Source of the DNA: Octopus vulgaris
Lineage: Eukaryota
Length of the DNA: 64,000 nucleotides
Assembly: GCA_951406725.2 (NCBI GenBank)
Contig: OX597835.1
Coordinates: 9,486,001-9,550,000 of the forward strand
Direction of reading: 5' to 3'
In this document: positions 28,677 through 44,539 of the stretch, piece by piece
Layout: each line of letters opens with the position of its first letter
Position numbering within the stretch: position 1 is the stretch's first letter
Position numbers and translations under genes: made by a program
Notes under the pieces: model-generated
What the model was told of the DNA's origin: nothing
Seen by the model: the letters and a program-made list of their open reading frames with translations, nothing else
Databases searched by the model: none

Positions 28677-29599
28677 CAATATAGAGATTTTATATTTACA
28701 GTTAGATTCGTCTTTGAATTTTCTTCTATAAACCCCCTTCTCTCTCTCTCTCTCTCTCTCTCTCCCTCTCTCTCATATCTCACTACTCTGCGCAATCTTC
28801 CTTTATATTTATACTCTCTCATTTTCTCCTCCCCATTCTCTCTTTACCCCACCTCTCACTCTCACACACTCTCTCTCTTTCTCTCTCTCTCACCCATTTC
28901 CCCTCTTTTTATCCTCTGTATTTTTTACACCTCTGATGCCCAATTCCCGATAGGCGGCCAGCTTTACCAAAACTAATCTTATCGATTTTCGACAACCAAT
29001 CAAATTAGGTATTTAGTTTGAAATATTCTGTAGCTTCCCAAGGGTAACCAAATTATATGTATATAAATGTACGTTCTCGGTTAAATCAGTTTGACTGACG
29101 AACCAAATGAGGAAACGCAGATACGCGCCACTGACGTTCCTGCTTCTAATGAATTTTAAATGCTGTTATACGAATCTATGTTTCGTATAAATACGTTGTT
29201 GTTCCTTGTAGAGTAGGAATTCGCGTGTTGCTGGTATGTGCGTGTAACTGTGTGCGAGTGTGTGATTATTGTGTGCGTGCAGCATATATGCATGCTTGTA
29301 TGAATGTGTGTATGCGTTTGTGTTTGTGCCTCTGTTTGCGCTTGCATGTGGATGTGAAAAGAACAATAGGTCGGCAGGATTTCACACAAAATGCATTTCT
29401 GGTGTCAGCTGCGGATTTTAATGTACGAAACCTGAAGCGATGTCACCCTTGCCTCTTGGTTCACGCCCATTTTTGCTTATGTATTGTGACGTATGTTTGC
29501 AATTTATTATGGCAGTGACAGAAAGATCAACCTATGTGTGCGTGTGTGTGTGAATGTGTGTGAGTGTGTATTGATAGACAGATAGAGAAACAGACAGAC

Positions 29600-29694
<95 letters not shown>

Positions 29695-29695
<1 letters not shown>

Positions 29696-29870
29696 GAGTT
29701 TCTTTATTGGCCACACAGAGCTGCACACAGATAGGACAAGTTACAAGGTAGAGCTTTTCTTTTGGGGGAGAAAAAAAAGGTGGCGTGGGTTTTCGATCAA
29801 AAGGGATCGTAAAAGGGAAAAAAGAACAAAAAAAAAAGAAAGAAGGAAAAAAAGGAAAAGAAAAAAAAGA
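29695..29870 (-). mobile_element. 3' end of a retroelement embedded in (GATA)n, possibly L1/Tx1-type
   Basis: Minus strand ends ttgtcctatctgtgtgcagctctgtgtggccAATAAAgaaactc then (TATC)n; (GATA)n on both sides; clade is inferred only. Confidence 0.55.
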
Positions 29871-29903
29871 TAGATAGATAGATAGATAGATAGACAGACA
29901 AAC

Positions 29904-30015
<112 letters not shown>

Positions 30016-31126
30016 TATTTGATCGACAGAGGTGTACATACATATATTCATTCATACATAAAGATAGAGTGAGGGAGATTATTTCTGCGCACCAATTTCC
30101 TACCACTTTTAAAGAATTTTATAAGACAAAACGCTTTGTAGATTACCAAGAATTGGCGTTTGGCCACAGATTCCATATCCGCTCGTGCCACAATTCTGCT
30201 CAACTCCATTCTTTATACGTCTGTTACACATGCTATGACTTTGCATACGTAATCACATATACAAGCACAGCCATGTATGTGTGTGTTTCAGTGTGTATGT
30301 ATGTGTGTGTCTATAAATGTCTGTGTGTATGTATGTAAATATCTACAAATAGGTGTATATGGGTAGTTTCCTGTAAGTTTATATGAATTGGCCGTTTGCA
30401 ATACGACAATCGTCTCGGCCTTAATTATATCGATTATGAGGTATGTGATGTGCAATGCTAATCTGGTTAGTCTATCTGTTTCGAATTGACTGCCGCCACT
30501 CACAAAATAAATATTTAGTCAACGTCAGTGAGACATTCATGACCAAATATTATTGTTATATACAACCAATGGCAAATCGATCACTTGCTTCTAATTGTTA
30601 CCAGGGTAACCTTGTTACAGTTCATTACTTTAATTTCTTTGGTTTAGCAAAAATTTATTAGATAGTGCTTCTACCGAAATGCCAAACGAATTTTGTAGAC
30701 GCGATGGCTATGTGTGTGTGCGTGTGTGCGTGTGTGCGTGTGTGCGTGTGTGCGCATATGTGCTAACATTAATTGTAAGAAGCAATATAAAAACTTTTCT
30801 ATTAATGTAGAAAGGAATATTCTTTATTATATGTTTTTACCTCATTCATGTCACCTCTAACTACATTATATTTTATCGAATAGGTAGAAAATTAACCAAC
30901 CGATGACTCGTTTACACAAATTAGCATTATGTATACACACACACACGCGCGCGCGCGCGCGTTATATGTATATACGTTATTCCATTGTTGGTCACGGACA
31001 ATTTTAAAAAGTTATCCCTGGCTAAAAGTGCTCCAAGATATGTCTGAGAGTTGGAATATACTCAATAAATAAAATATATCTCTTTTGCTAACAGAAACAC
31101 ACAAACACATGCGAATACTAACACAC

Positions 31127-31192
<66 letters not shown>

Positions 31193-31238
31193 GTATGAAT
31201 GTATATATGTATGTTGATATATATATATATATATATCA

Positions 31239-31281
<43 letters not shown>

Positions 31282-31390
31282 GAAAGAGGAATTTCGGTTG
31301 TCCCCACGTGGTGGATTGTGATGTATATAAGAAAAATAAAATTAATAACGGAAAATACGCACACTTACATGGTTATAGTATAATTTTTAA

Positions 31391-31427
31391 TGTATCGACC
31401 GGTTTCGCAATCGCTATTCATGATACA
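31391..31427 (-). ncRNA. Minimal Type I hammerhead-like motif with A3/U8 core
   Basis: Minus strand tgtatc-ATGAATA-gc gatt gc-GAAA-ccgg-TC-gataca; perfect 6-bp stem I and palindromic stem III. Confidence 0.6.
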
Positions 31428-32225
31428 ATGTTTAATTTATATGAAAATTGTATATAGAAGGCTTCTATATAGAAAACAGACCACATGAGCCGTCTGAAAA
31501 CTAGGACCATCCTTGAGAATGTTGCAGGTCAGGAAAGGAAAGCTGTGTTAGATTTTTCACGTGAGGCTAAGTATGAACGACCAGGTTTAGTTTAACCAGA
31601 CGCGCGAAAATTCCAATCTCTTTTTTTTTTTTGTTTTTCTGACATCTCCAAGTGTCACCTCATTCGGGAAATCCTTCCTTTCGACGAAGCTTCCGAACTT
31701 GTAAAGTGAAAGATACTCATATTTAACATTATATGCATTTTACTAACACATCTCGAATGCTCGTGAGAAAGAGGGATGCAGTGCTTTATTCAAAATCATA
31801 CCATTGTTATACGCCTTGGTAGGATCAAAATATTTTACACGATTCGAAACCTTAAAATATATCCTACACAAAATACAAGAGTAAATACTCTGTCTCAAAT
31901 TGCTCTCAACATATGGCATAACTGGTCCACATATGACATCAGCATGTATATAAATAAACATTACTGGTGAATCACCAGCAGACATTTATTGCTTCGGCTT
32001 CTTCCCAGATCTAAATGCTAAAAACTATTATCTCCCTTGAGTACAAAGTCCTCACCCCGTTCTCATTTATTCTGTCCTCTCCCCCAATAAACGACAATAA
32101 TATTTATTTAAGACCTTTTCTATATCTCTACATTTCATATTTTGAAAATTCGGCGAAGTATCGATGTCACTCACGGAACAGTCCTCGTGTGCGTCTGTGT
32201 GTGTGAGAGAGAGACAGACAGACAG

Positions 32226-32282
<57 letters not shown>

Positions 32283-32315
32283 GTCCGTCCTTACAATGTA
32301 AATGATAGATCGGGA

Positions 32316-32612
32316 TGGAAGCACTCCGTCGGTTACGACGACGAGGGTTCCGGTTGATCCGAATCAACGGAACAGCCTGCTCGTGAAATTAACGTGTAAG
32401 TGGATGAGCACTCCACAGACACGTGTACCCTTAACGTAGTTCTCGGGGATATTCAGCGTGACACAGAGAGTGACAAGGCCGGCCCCTTGAAATACAGGTA
32501 CGACAGAAACAGGAATTAAGAGTGAGAGAAAGTTGTCGTGAAAGAGTACAGCAGGGATCACCACCATCCCCTGCCGGAGCGTCGTGGAGCTTTAGGTGTT
32601 TTCGCTCAATAA
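32316..32612 (-). mobile_element. 5'-truncated copy of the 45727 SINE family
   Basis: High identity to 45815-46108; TSD gatagatcgg at 32304-32313 and 32613-32622. Confidence 0.9.
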
Positions 32613-32961
32613 GATAGATCGGAATAGGTATTAAGCAAATGTCTCAACATTGAACGACTGAATCCATTTAATCCTATGTAAAGTCGATTAAGCAGTAAGA
32701 TTTATTGCGCGTGGCCTTTTAGAGAAATGCTGGCCGCACGTTCATCAAGTCGATTTGATTCTTGCATCGAACGGCGCACGGGGCCCCTGGGAAGTCTTCA
32801 TAATCAGTTGTTTCAGATTACTCAGCTAAAATGCGGGCCCTCTGAGAAAATTTGCTATAATTATATACGCATACGTACATACACACACATATACATAAAT
32901 ACATACATACATATATACATACAAATATAGGTGTGCGCGTATCTATCTATCTATCTATCTC

Positions 32962-32999
<38 letters not shown>

Positions 33000-33004
33000 C
33001 ACAC

Positions 33005-33053
<49 letters not shown>

Positions 33054-33067
33054 GATACATACATAAA

Positions 33068-33100
<33 letters not shown>

Positions 33101-33144
33101 GTTTGAGCATATATATATATACATGCACACACACACATATATAT

Positions 33145-33188
<44 letters not shown>

Positions 33189-33206
33189 TTGTGTGCTTGT
33201 GTTTAC

Positions 33207-33247
<41 letters not shown>

Positions 33248-33711
33248 CGTATGTGAAATGTATATGTCTATGTATATTTGTATACATGTATCTGTACGTC
33301 TGTGAGTGGTATCCCAACGAGATTTTCACTCTACAAAAACACCCTACCCTTCCCCTAGTCGTTCATATTCTATGAATTTTTCCCACCCTTCGTCTATCTC
33401 CACATTTAACAAAACTTGGTCTCAAAGAAACAGCACTCTAAGTAACAATGAATATTCATCTCCAGTGACCCAAAATATTATGTTTTATCCGAACCAGACA
33501 CACATTGAGACGTGTAAGATATATTTAGCTCCATCGGTTTTCTCTGACCGCAGAATTTAACACTTTCAAGATTTTGGCAGCTGGAATTCACGTTGTTATA
33601 TCATCTTTCTTATGTTATTTGTGCATTTAAGTGAGAAATTCTGTAGAAATTTGCATCCTCTCTGACAGCGTATATAAGCGTGTTACATAGATGTATCGGT
33701 GCGCATGTCAG

Positions 33712-33743
<32 letters not shown>

Positions 33744-33853
33744 TGTGTGTGTGTGTGTGTGTATTGGTACATGAGTGTGGATGTGGTTATATGTGCATGT
33801 ATGTAGGTATATAAAATTTCATATTTAAATGTAAATGCGTGTAATAAGTATGC

Positions 33854-33890
<37 letters not shown>

Positions 33891-34580
33891 CATATATGCA
33901 TGTGTATGTGTGTATGTATGCATGTTTCATATTTAATACGTCTGGGAAATATTTTTGAGTAATAAATGCAAAGATATTTAAACCTTTCTCACTTACATCA
34001 ACATCCATATATTTCCGACTCCATTACATCAAAGCGAAAATTTGATTTAACAATCATAACTCAGACAACTTTTCTTAGTTTGCTTCTGTTCTTGTCTGCT
34101 TTCTGCTCGTCTTATCGTTTACCTCGTATCCCATCCCTCAGTGCTCTTTCAGTCTCATCCGTTCTAAAGCAATTTCATACAGTTTTGCCTCCACCATAAT
34201 GTAAACTATCTTGAAATAAATCAGTTATCATTCAGAAGTGTGAAAATAGCAATATAAACAATCAGTGAAAATGTAAACCACAGAAGGGGGAACAGCTTTA
34301 AATGTTGTCTTAACTGTAAACAACTGATTGCAGATTGTCTAAATCGTACGGGTACAAAACTTCATATCATTCATAATAGAAATCCACTTTCAACGTAAAA
34401 GGCTGCCAAGTGTACACGTGGAGCAACCCCGTGAGATGAGAGGCAGCAGCAAAAATCATTAGAATCTTTTGAAAATAAAATGAAACATTGTTATCGTCAC
34501 CGATGCTGCATTTTACAACCAGGAACTCATTGCTCTTCTCTAAAAAATATTCTCAAATCATATCATATTCTCTAATTGTC

Positions 34581-35190
<610 letters not shown>

Positions 35191-36184
35191 GTGTAACCAG
35201 CAACTATCCATCTATCTATCTTTATACCTATCTATCTATCTATCTATCTCTATCTATATACCAGTGGAGCAGAGGTGAAATGGACATTGATTCGTGTCTG
35301 GAGAATAGAAATTAACACATATATTAATGTGTGCATTGAATTGTGAGTTTGGAAGTGTATCAGGTGAGATATGTGTATTAATAAAGCTTAAGGGAAAATG
35401 AATCACTTAAAGAGGCATAAGTAGATTACGGGAAAGGAAGCATGACAGCTAGAATTCATAGAGATCATGGTAAACCAAACGGGCCGAAAGCTAACCAGAG
35501 TCATCAAAACATAACGCAGTCTTTTAATTATTCTTCTGTTTTTTATTTTATTCTATTTCATTTCTTTTGTTTCAACCTATTGACACATTTCGTCGACATC
35601 TTGGCAAAAATCGTCCAGAGTTTTCTTTTGTTTTTCTTGTTGCACTTTCATTTTTACTGCAAATTCGATTATTTTTGTTTGCAATAGGAACCAACAATAT
35701 CTTTGGTTCTTTCTCAATACAATAAATACCTTGAAGGTTGCTTTGACTGTGTTAGTCTTGTCGCTTTTATTATTGTAATATTACGTTTATGTTTATGCTT
35801 TTGTATCCCGGAATCCGTTAATTTGATTGGTGGAAAGAAATGTATGTCTGCCACCCAGATAGTTCCGAAAATTTCAACTGGACTTAATTATATTTCACAC
35901 AAAGAAGCACCCCGAACATGGATGTTGCTGAAAAATATTTAACCAATTAGTAATTGCAAAGTATAATCTTGTATCATCAATATAATCTTAGCAATTTATA
36001 TCTGCTGTACTGTGCAGAAACAAATGTTGTGTATCACTTTCAAATCCTTATACCCTCCATCCTCATGCTATATTATTCTCACATGTGGTTGTGTGTGTTT
36101 GCGCCCGCGTGTGTGTGTGTGAGTGTGTGCGAACAGATGTGTATATATATATATATATATATATATTTATCTATCTATCTATAT

Positions 36185-36254
<70 letters not shown>

Positions 36255-36394
36255 TATAGTTCGAAATCGCTTATTATACAATTTTAATTTTATATATACA
36301 TTATAACATGTCAGTTCCTGATGAACCTTATCAAAAAAGTTATATATAAAAGAGACAGCTCATGCGTCAAACACGAAATTCATTTATAATACAA

Positions 36395-36440
<46 letters not shown>

Positions 36441-36532
36441 AAGTGGTGGAAAGCGGTCAATACAGAAGATATACGAAATCATTTACACACGTGACACATC
36501 TACGTAATGCCAATATATATATATACCAAATG

Positions 36533-36567
<35 letters not shown>

Positions 36568-36589
36568 TCACCGCTGAAATCTACAAGTC

Positions 36590-36742
36590 TTTTCATTCTT
36601 TCTCTCTTTATTTCCTCTTATTCCTCTCCGTTGAAGAGCGTAGGCTCGAAATGTAAAAGGTTTTTCCCATTTGACCCCAGCGTCAAACTAATACACTTGC
36701 TTGATGTTCATACACTGCCATCGCCTTTAGTTTCCTATAAAG

Positions 36743-36745
<3 letters not shown>
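36590..36745 (+). mobile_element. Family H1 element, diverged, between (TA)n tracts
   Basis: cctct-CCGTTGAA-gagc gtag gctc-GAAA-tg-TA-aaagg at 36623-36660. Confidence 0.62.
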
Positions 36746-36793
<48 letters not shown>

Positions 36794-36968
36794 TTTCCAT
36801 ATATATGTATAAAGCACTCAGCCTCGAAGTTTATTACCTCTTATAGAACAAATTGAATACCTAACGCTTTTGTCATTCATTAACCGATATTACCTTCTGA
36901 ACAACCCCCAACGCTTCCTTATATATCATAAACTGAGTTCCCAAACTGCATGCTATCACCCTTATGCC

Positions 36969-37013
<45 letters not shown>

Positions 37014-37399
37014 GTTTCCATATATATATACATATATACATAAGTATATATATATTTATTGTTACGCGCGTGTGATATGTGTAAGTTTTTGTGTACTCTC
37101 ATATCAGATAACCTTGCATATGGACCGTTGACATTCTATCAATTCGGTGAATATGATTGTCTAAGCCAAACATATAATATTCTGAAAACTAATATATTAT
37201 ATACAATATTATATGTAATAAGGTTTTCTTTGTGTACATTATATTATATTGCACTTATATATTATCTTCTCTAGTTATCGATAAGTTTGATGTTAATTTC
37301 GTCTTTTATTCTGCTTTTCGGCTCAAACCTGTGTTGTAAGCATATAAACTGTGCGTGTGTGAGTGAGTGTGAATCCCTCCCTTACTTGCTTCACACGTT

Positions 37400-37765
37400 A
37401 GACTGCTGCCAAGCAGGGGAACCGCCTTAAAGAATTATTAGCGGAATGTATCGACCCGTGTACGTACTTATTTAAAACCTGGCTGCGTGTTCTAACGTTC
37501 CCTTTTCCTCAACCGCTAATGTATGGGGATTTCAACACACCTACAGCGGTTGTCAAGCGGTGCTGTGTGACAAATACAGACACAAAGACACATGATCAGA
37601 TATATATTTTTCACAGGCTTCTTTCAGTTTCCTTCTGCGAAATACACTCACAAGTCTTTGGTCGGCCCGAGGTTAGAGTAGAAGACACTAGCCTAAGGTG
37701 TCATGCAATGGAAATGAACCCGGAACCATGTGGTTGGGAAGCAAGCTTCTTACCACACAGCCACG
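37400..37765 (-). mobile_element. Degenerate SINE family C
   Basis: ggcttctttcagtttcc...gtagaagacact...gaacccggaaccatgtggttgg...ttaccacacagccac. Confidence 0.75.
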
Positions 37766-37808
37766 TCTCCCTCTCTTTATTTCTCCCTCTCTTTATCTCT
37801 CTCTCTCG

Positions 37809-37848
<40 letters not shown>

Positions 37849-38010
37849 ATATATACGTGTATACATGTCTGTGTATATGTATATATATATATATATGTAC
37901 ACACACACACACATATATGTATATAGTTACATATATGTATATATGCATGTATATATATGTGGATATATGTATATATGTATATGTATATGTTTATATAAAT
38001 ATGTGCATAA

Positions 38011-38112
<102 letters not shown>

Positions 38113-38181
38113 TTGAATATATGCATATATGTATTTGCATATATATATATTTGTATATATGTATATATTTGTATGTATGCC

Positions 38182-38220
<39 letters not shown>

Positions 38221-38494
38221 GTATAAATGAATAAATATATATGCACACACATATATACAGGTGTTTGCGTGTGTGAAAAACAATTTCCTACATTAATGCT
38301 TCTTGCCTTCCAACACATTTTACTGCTTCTTGTCTTTCAACAAAAGAATTGGAAAACAACGCAGGGATTGTTTGACACGTGTAAACAAAGAATAAACGGT
38401 TCGCAAATGAAAAATGTCACATGAGGAACGAAAGTAAACAATGGAGGTTAAAGTACTACAGCATCCGCAACGCCATCCCCGACAACAACCACAT

Positions 38495-38495
38495 C

Positions 38496-38533
<38 letters not shown>

Positions 38534-38556
38534 TGATGATGATGATGATGATGATG

Positions 38557-38608
<52 letters not shown>

Positions 38609-38934
38609 TGATGATGATGATAATGATGATAATAATGATGATGATGATGATGATGATAATACTGATGATGATAATAATAATAATAATAATGACAATAGTA
38701 ATAATAATAATAATAATAATGATGATTATGATGATGATAATAATAATAGTAATAATAATAATGATGATGATGATGATGATGATAATAATAATACTAATAA
38801 TAATAATAATGATGATGATTATGATGATGATAATAATAATAGTAATAATAATAATAATAATGATGATGATAATAATAATAACAATATTAATAATAATAAT
38901 AATAATGATGATGATGATGATGATGATGGTGATG

Positions 38935-38986
<52 letters not shown>

Positions 38987-39000
38987 TGATGATGATGATG

Positions 39001-39041
<41 letters not shown>

Positions 39042-39044
39042 GAC

Positions 39045-39079
<35 letters not shown>

Positions 39080-39125
39080 CGATGACAATAATAATAATAA
39101 TAATAACAATAATAATAATAATAAC
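38495..39125. repeat. Interleaved (AAT)n/(GAT)n array, about 630 bp
   Basis: Direct reading; source of the poly-N/D ORF. Confidence 0.95.
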
Positions 39126-40559
39126 GTAAATATTCATGCCTATATATTTTTTTCTGTTACCTTGCCAATTTAATTCAAATATATGCATTATGTTAGACGA
39201 CAATTAATGATTTCTTTTTTGTTGGCTTCAAGCCAAATTTTCACAAGACATATGTTTTGATATACACCGTTGAATTCTACTTCATTCCGAGACACAATGT
39301 GGTTCATAGTCAATCGTTTGATTCAAGCATCGTAAACTATTTCCAATCTCTTTCCCTCCCCCCTCACCTTTGATTTAAAGAGTCCTAATTGTCAGATTTT
39401 CACTGCATGTTACTGTAATATTTAACCAAGTCTCACACATAAATTTGTAATTGCTTTCTAATGTTCCTGTGTTGAGTTCACGGACTAATAAAAATACACT
39501 TAAAGCATATATTTTGGCTGATGGTGCTTTTATCGCAGACTTTCTATGACGTGATGATAATCGATTTTGATCTTACGCATTTCTTTCAGGAACTATGTTG
39601 GAATAGTGAGACGGCAAATGTTGGAACATAATCATGAATTTTCTACATTATTATTTTTTTTTTGTTATGTATTTGATTCTAGAGACAATGAGAGCCCGTG
39701 ACCTGTTAGAGGCAAAGAGTTATCTTTAAACTAAAACAACTGGATGCCTTGAAGTGAGAGGCCCCCACTAACATACTTAAGATTTCAGGTGTTGGTGTTA
39801 ATCTTTGCAACGGATTAAGTCTATCACCTAACTACACCGTGGCAGGATTGGAACTTAGAATGTAAGGAACCGAAGCAAATAATATAAGGCATCTGACATG
39901 ACATTCGGACAGTTCCGGTAATTTCTTGGCGTTATGGGATGCTTCATATGGACACCGAATAATTAAATGGCAAAGTTACCCCGAACGTGACTTGAACTCA
40001 TAGGGCACACAGAAGAAAGAAATAGCGTATGGACAGGGCTGTTTGGTTCTTTGACAGAGAATCTGATAGCAGATTCGGTGAAGCTTGTACGTTTGCTGCA
40101 ACATATTTTTGTAAAAGGAACGAATGATACTGGTAACTGAGAATACAAACCCGAAAATTTGTGGTCGTCTTTTTGCGTATAATTTTGGCACATGCCGCAG
40201 TAACTTATAATTATTATTTTTATCGTGTCATTTACCACGTAGAAATACGTGGATTTAACAACGTAAACAAAATTTTAACAACTACCTAAATATTATGTAG
40301 AGGTGGTAGTCACGGATATCGAGCCGCATTACACCACAGTATCTCTGATGTACAGTGGGTTGATGTCTATTATATCCTCTCTATTGATAAATAAAGTCAA
40401 CCACGTCGGAATTTCAAACGCCATAAAAAGTCGTAATTTAGTATCCCAAATTGTTTTATTCCACTCTCCATTGACCCTCTCCTGCCCCGCCGAATAAATG
40501 TGAAACTTATATTTATTTTTTTCTTTATTTTTATATAAAAAAAAGCAAGAATATGAATG

Positions 40560-41500
40560 AGACATACAGGGAGATATATGCTTTAGACAGAAGGGAAGTT
40601 GTTATGGAACAACATATGTCACAGAAGGGGTTTGCAAGATTTCGATCGGAAAATATTTTCGTTTCAAAATGCGCCTCATCAGGCCCTGTGAACTGATATT
40701 AACAGCGACACCAACCCCGTTATACGAACAGGATGATCGCCAGCAGATATTCCCTAAACATCAAAAAGGAGTGTTGAAAAGCATCTGCATGTATTTGTTT
40801 ACATCATCAGGCTCGATGTTTGAATCGCTCATAAATGGAAATAGGCTAATCTCGCCCAACCGATAACTACCTGCGATTCATTGCAATGGTGCGAAAGCAA
40901 CGAGTCTTTATTGAAGATAATGGTGGAAGTTGCCGAAAATTAGGTCATATATAACAATGTGAAACGTAGAAAATCATGGAGGAAGAACATCAAACTACTA
41001 CAAGCAGCCACAAAAGCAGGATTTCACTCCAAGAAAGTTATGCATTCAGTTTTGTAGGTTTGGAATTGTGTTTCTTTTATGAGATTCTTCCCACGGATAG
41101 GACACCCGATTTGAATGCGAACTGCGTCCAGGCAGGAGAAATTGAATGCAGCGATGCTCCGGATCCAGCAGATCGTAAGGGCATTGTATTTCATCATGAA
41201 AACGCCATACCACACACTTCTTTACAGATGTGGCAAAAATTACTGGAGGCTTTGCTGGAAAGTTTTGCCGCACTCTCCATATTCAACCGAACTTGCACCT
41301 TCAGATGTCTACATGCTACGTTCTCTCTCCAAACTTCATTTATGGCAGAAATTTCTGAGAAGGATGTAATGATTCAACTGGAAGATATTTGCAACAATAA
41401 AGACAGGAAATTCTTTGAGCAGGGAATAATGCATCTGCTTACAAGAACGCAGAAGATGCTGAAACAAAACTGTGATTATATCATTGCTTGAATAAAGCGT
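40560..41500 (+). pseudogene. Mariner (DD34D-type) transposase fossil
   Basis: QKGFARFRS, YNNVKRRKSW, HHENAIPH (HHDNARPH), PYSTELAPSD (PYSPDLAPSD) and FFEQGIMHL motifs across frames. Confidence 0.88.
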
Positions 41501-41633
41501 TTCATGTTTATACCCCAACGGACATCTTCGCAAGCCTAGCATATGTGCAGCCAGCAAATTACGTCAGCCATACTGCTTTGATTTTTGACTGAAAATATTC
41601 TTATCTTTTGATTTGTACGCGAGTGCAAAATTA

Positions 41634-41673
<40 letters not shown>

Positions 41674-42276
41674 AGCACGTTTTAGTGTATTATGAGGACA
41701 CTGCAGAGTTACACGAATGCACAAGAAAACGTCTGGCATCAGAGTGAAGATATATATTATGTATATTCCACCATAAAACAATGGATGTCAATCAATAATT
41801 TTACATGTAAACCGTAGTATTTTCTCTTTGTCAGAAATTCTCCGCTGTCCCTTCGTTCAAAATTTTACTAATATTCTCGTTTGGATTGCTAATCCTATAA
41901 ATCTTTAATGCGATGAACTTTATTTCATGCATTAATCCATAAAATGATATGTAGCAATGTAGCTTCAACTAATATTCTCTAACCAGGAATTCGTTGTGAA
42001 TATATATTAATGGTGATGCAATTAGTTTTATCAGAAACCGTTCCAGTGTAAAAAGGGTGCTATGGTGGTCGAACTTACCTACCATTCTCAGTCCATCTAG
42101 GAACTTCCGTTAGATTGAAACGAGGTCCCAAAAAGGACCGAATATGATAGAAAAGTTTGGTAACAGAATATTTCGATCACAAATCGATAGATATTTCAAA
42201 GATGAAAATATAATATATTCAGCAATAAACACTTTATTTGAACAGGAATACACACACACACACACACACACACATA

Positions 42277-42308
<32 letters not shown>

Positions 42309-42489
42309 TCAATATATTTATAGAGAATCAATTCTAAAATATACATGCACACGAATATATATACAATTATGTATGTATATTATTATTCAGTTTTAGTTCA
42401 GAATTTCTTGCCAATAGAGAAGTAGCCGGTTAGAGAAAGGCAAAGGTCAATACAGCTTGTTACCAGGGCGCCGCAACTTTTGCAGCTCA

Positions 42490-42620
42490 TACAGCTGAGT
42501 GAACTAAGCCACGTGAAATACAGTGTGTTGCATGAGAATACAACTCACAGCGCGTCCGGGAATCGAACACACTTCCCCATGATTGTGAGTCCGACGCTCT
42601 AACCACTGAGCCATGCGCCT
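42490..42620 (-). mobile_element. SINE head fragment (head 1-like)
   Basis: Reverse complement ggcgcatggctcagtggttagagcgtcggactc...gttcgattcccgg...cactcagctg. Confidence 0.7.
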
Positions 42621-43474
42621 TCACATATAGATAGATAGATAGACAGATAAATAGATAGATAGATAGATAGATAGATAGAGAGAGATTCATACATGCATGC
42701 AGGAATACATCCATACATTCATTCATACATACATACATACATACATACATACATACATACATACATGCATACATACATACATACATACATACATATAAAC
42801 ATACATACATGCATACACACATACATACATACATACATACATACAGACAGACAGACAGAGAGACAGACATACATTAGTGTGTTTTCCTTGCAACAACATC
42901 TCGTGCTGTTACTTCATATCTTCGTGGTTTCCTCTTCAGAAAATAAACAATAGATCAATAGAATTTTTTTTTTATATTTGTTTATTTTGTTTTTTGTAAT
43001 TTTGTTTTGGGATTTCATTTTTCTTCGGTTCTTGCGCAATGACGATCAATAAAATTGCTTGGACTAAAACAAATTTCACGTTGTGACGCAACATCGGAGG
43101 CTTTCTACAATTAATAAAACCAGGTAGTTGGTTTCGGTTACAGTTTCTTTGAGATTGTTATATGTTGACGTGTTAGAAATCCTTTCCTTTGTTTGGATTT
43201 CATTTCATTTGATATGCGTTGCAAAGTTTTATTTATTTATTCATTTATTTATTTGGTTCGTTGTATTTTTCTTTCTTTTTTTTCTTCTCTTTTTTCATTT
43301 CACTAATCTCATTGTGTTATGACGTTGTTTCCTTTCAACAACTCACATTCAACATTTGAGTTGTTTTTGAAAAAGAATCAAATTTGTTTGAATCTATTGA
43401 AACTGGTCATGGCAGTCAATGAGAATATATTAAGGATTTTCACTAAGACACTTGTCAATACACACACACGCATA

Positions 43475-43535
<61 letters not shown>

Positions 43536-43542
43536 CCGCATA

Positions 43543-43604
<62 letters not shown>

Positions 43605-43729
43605 TATACATATATATATATGTATGTATAGATGTGTGTAATTATGTTTATAAATATATATACGTACTATGTATACACGAATGCACATATATACATAATA
43701 TTTATATGCAAATGTACATACATACATAT

Positions 43730-43763
<34 letters not shown>

Positions 43764-44539
43764 CGTACACATTCATGGAAAATATACATAGATACATGCA
43801 TATAAATATATGTATATAACTATATGAGTGTATATGTGTGTGTATGTGTGTCTGTGTTAGGATTATCAAGAATATCATTTTGGATGCATTCTTTTTTTTA
43901 ATTATCTTAGAATCATATTAATATTCATGTATTCATGTTTAAATATTTGTCACACCTAATAAAAATTAAAGCACTGTCTATTCTGGTTCTTTTCCATTTA
44001 CAACAAGCCAATCAAATTATCAAATTGTTTCGCAGGAATGTTTTCAGATATTATTCTTAGAATCAAACTCCTGGGATTATTCGCAATTGTTAATGCTGTC
44101 GAATAATCTTAATGTGAAACTTCAAGGATGAAATGTAAAGTTTTCGAAATATTAAAAATAGAAACACACAAAGGATATTACAAACAAACGTGTACATATG
44201 TACACACACACGCACGCACGCACACGCATACACACACACATACACACACGCATTAGCATCTCAATTTTCTTGAATGTTAATTCTAAGTACATTTTTCCGA
44301 TTAATTAACATGAAACGTAGATGAAACTTGCAAGGAGGACATACCTCGCAACATAACTGTGCCAAAGTACAAATATCATGATATTATTGTAACCTGCTTT
44401 CTTCATCCTTATAATATTTATCCGTATTAGTCGTGGAAATGTGACGATGGTGGAGTTTAGTACTTTGTGTTTTCCACGAACATAAATAGGACAATGTGTT
44501 ATATATATACTGTATATATATATATATATATATATATAT

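Noticed and set aside
31745-31815. HISNAREKEGCSALFKIIPLLY, faintly like a Penelope endonuclease C-terminus
   Set aside because: No GIY-YIG or RT motifs found nearby; too short to support
36316-36372. CTGATGA in a TA-flanked segment
   Set aside because: No GAAA at a position giving stems II and III; at best a heavily decayed motif
39963-40238. 91-aa non-repetitive ORF as a possible exon
   Set aside because: No recognisable domain or convincing splice context
40660-40686. Minus-strand CTGATGA...GAAA
   Set aside because: Lies within mariner coding remnant; no stems
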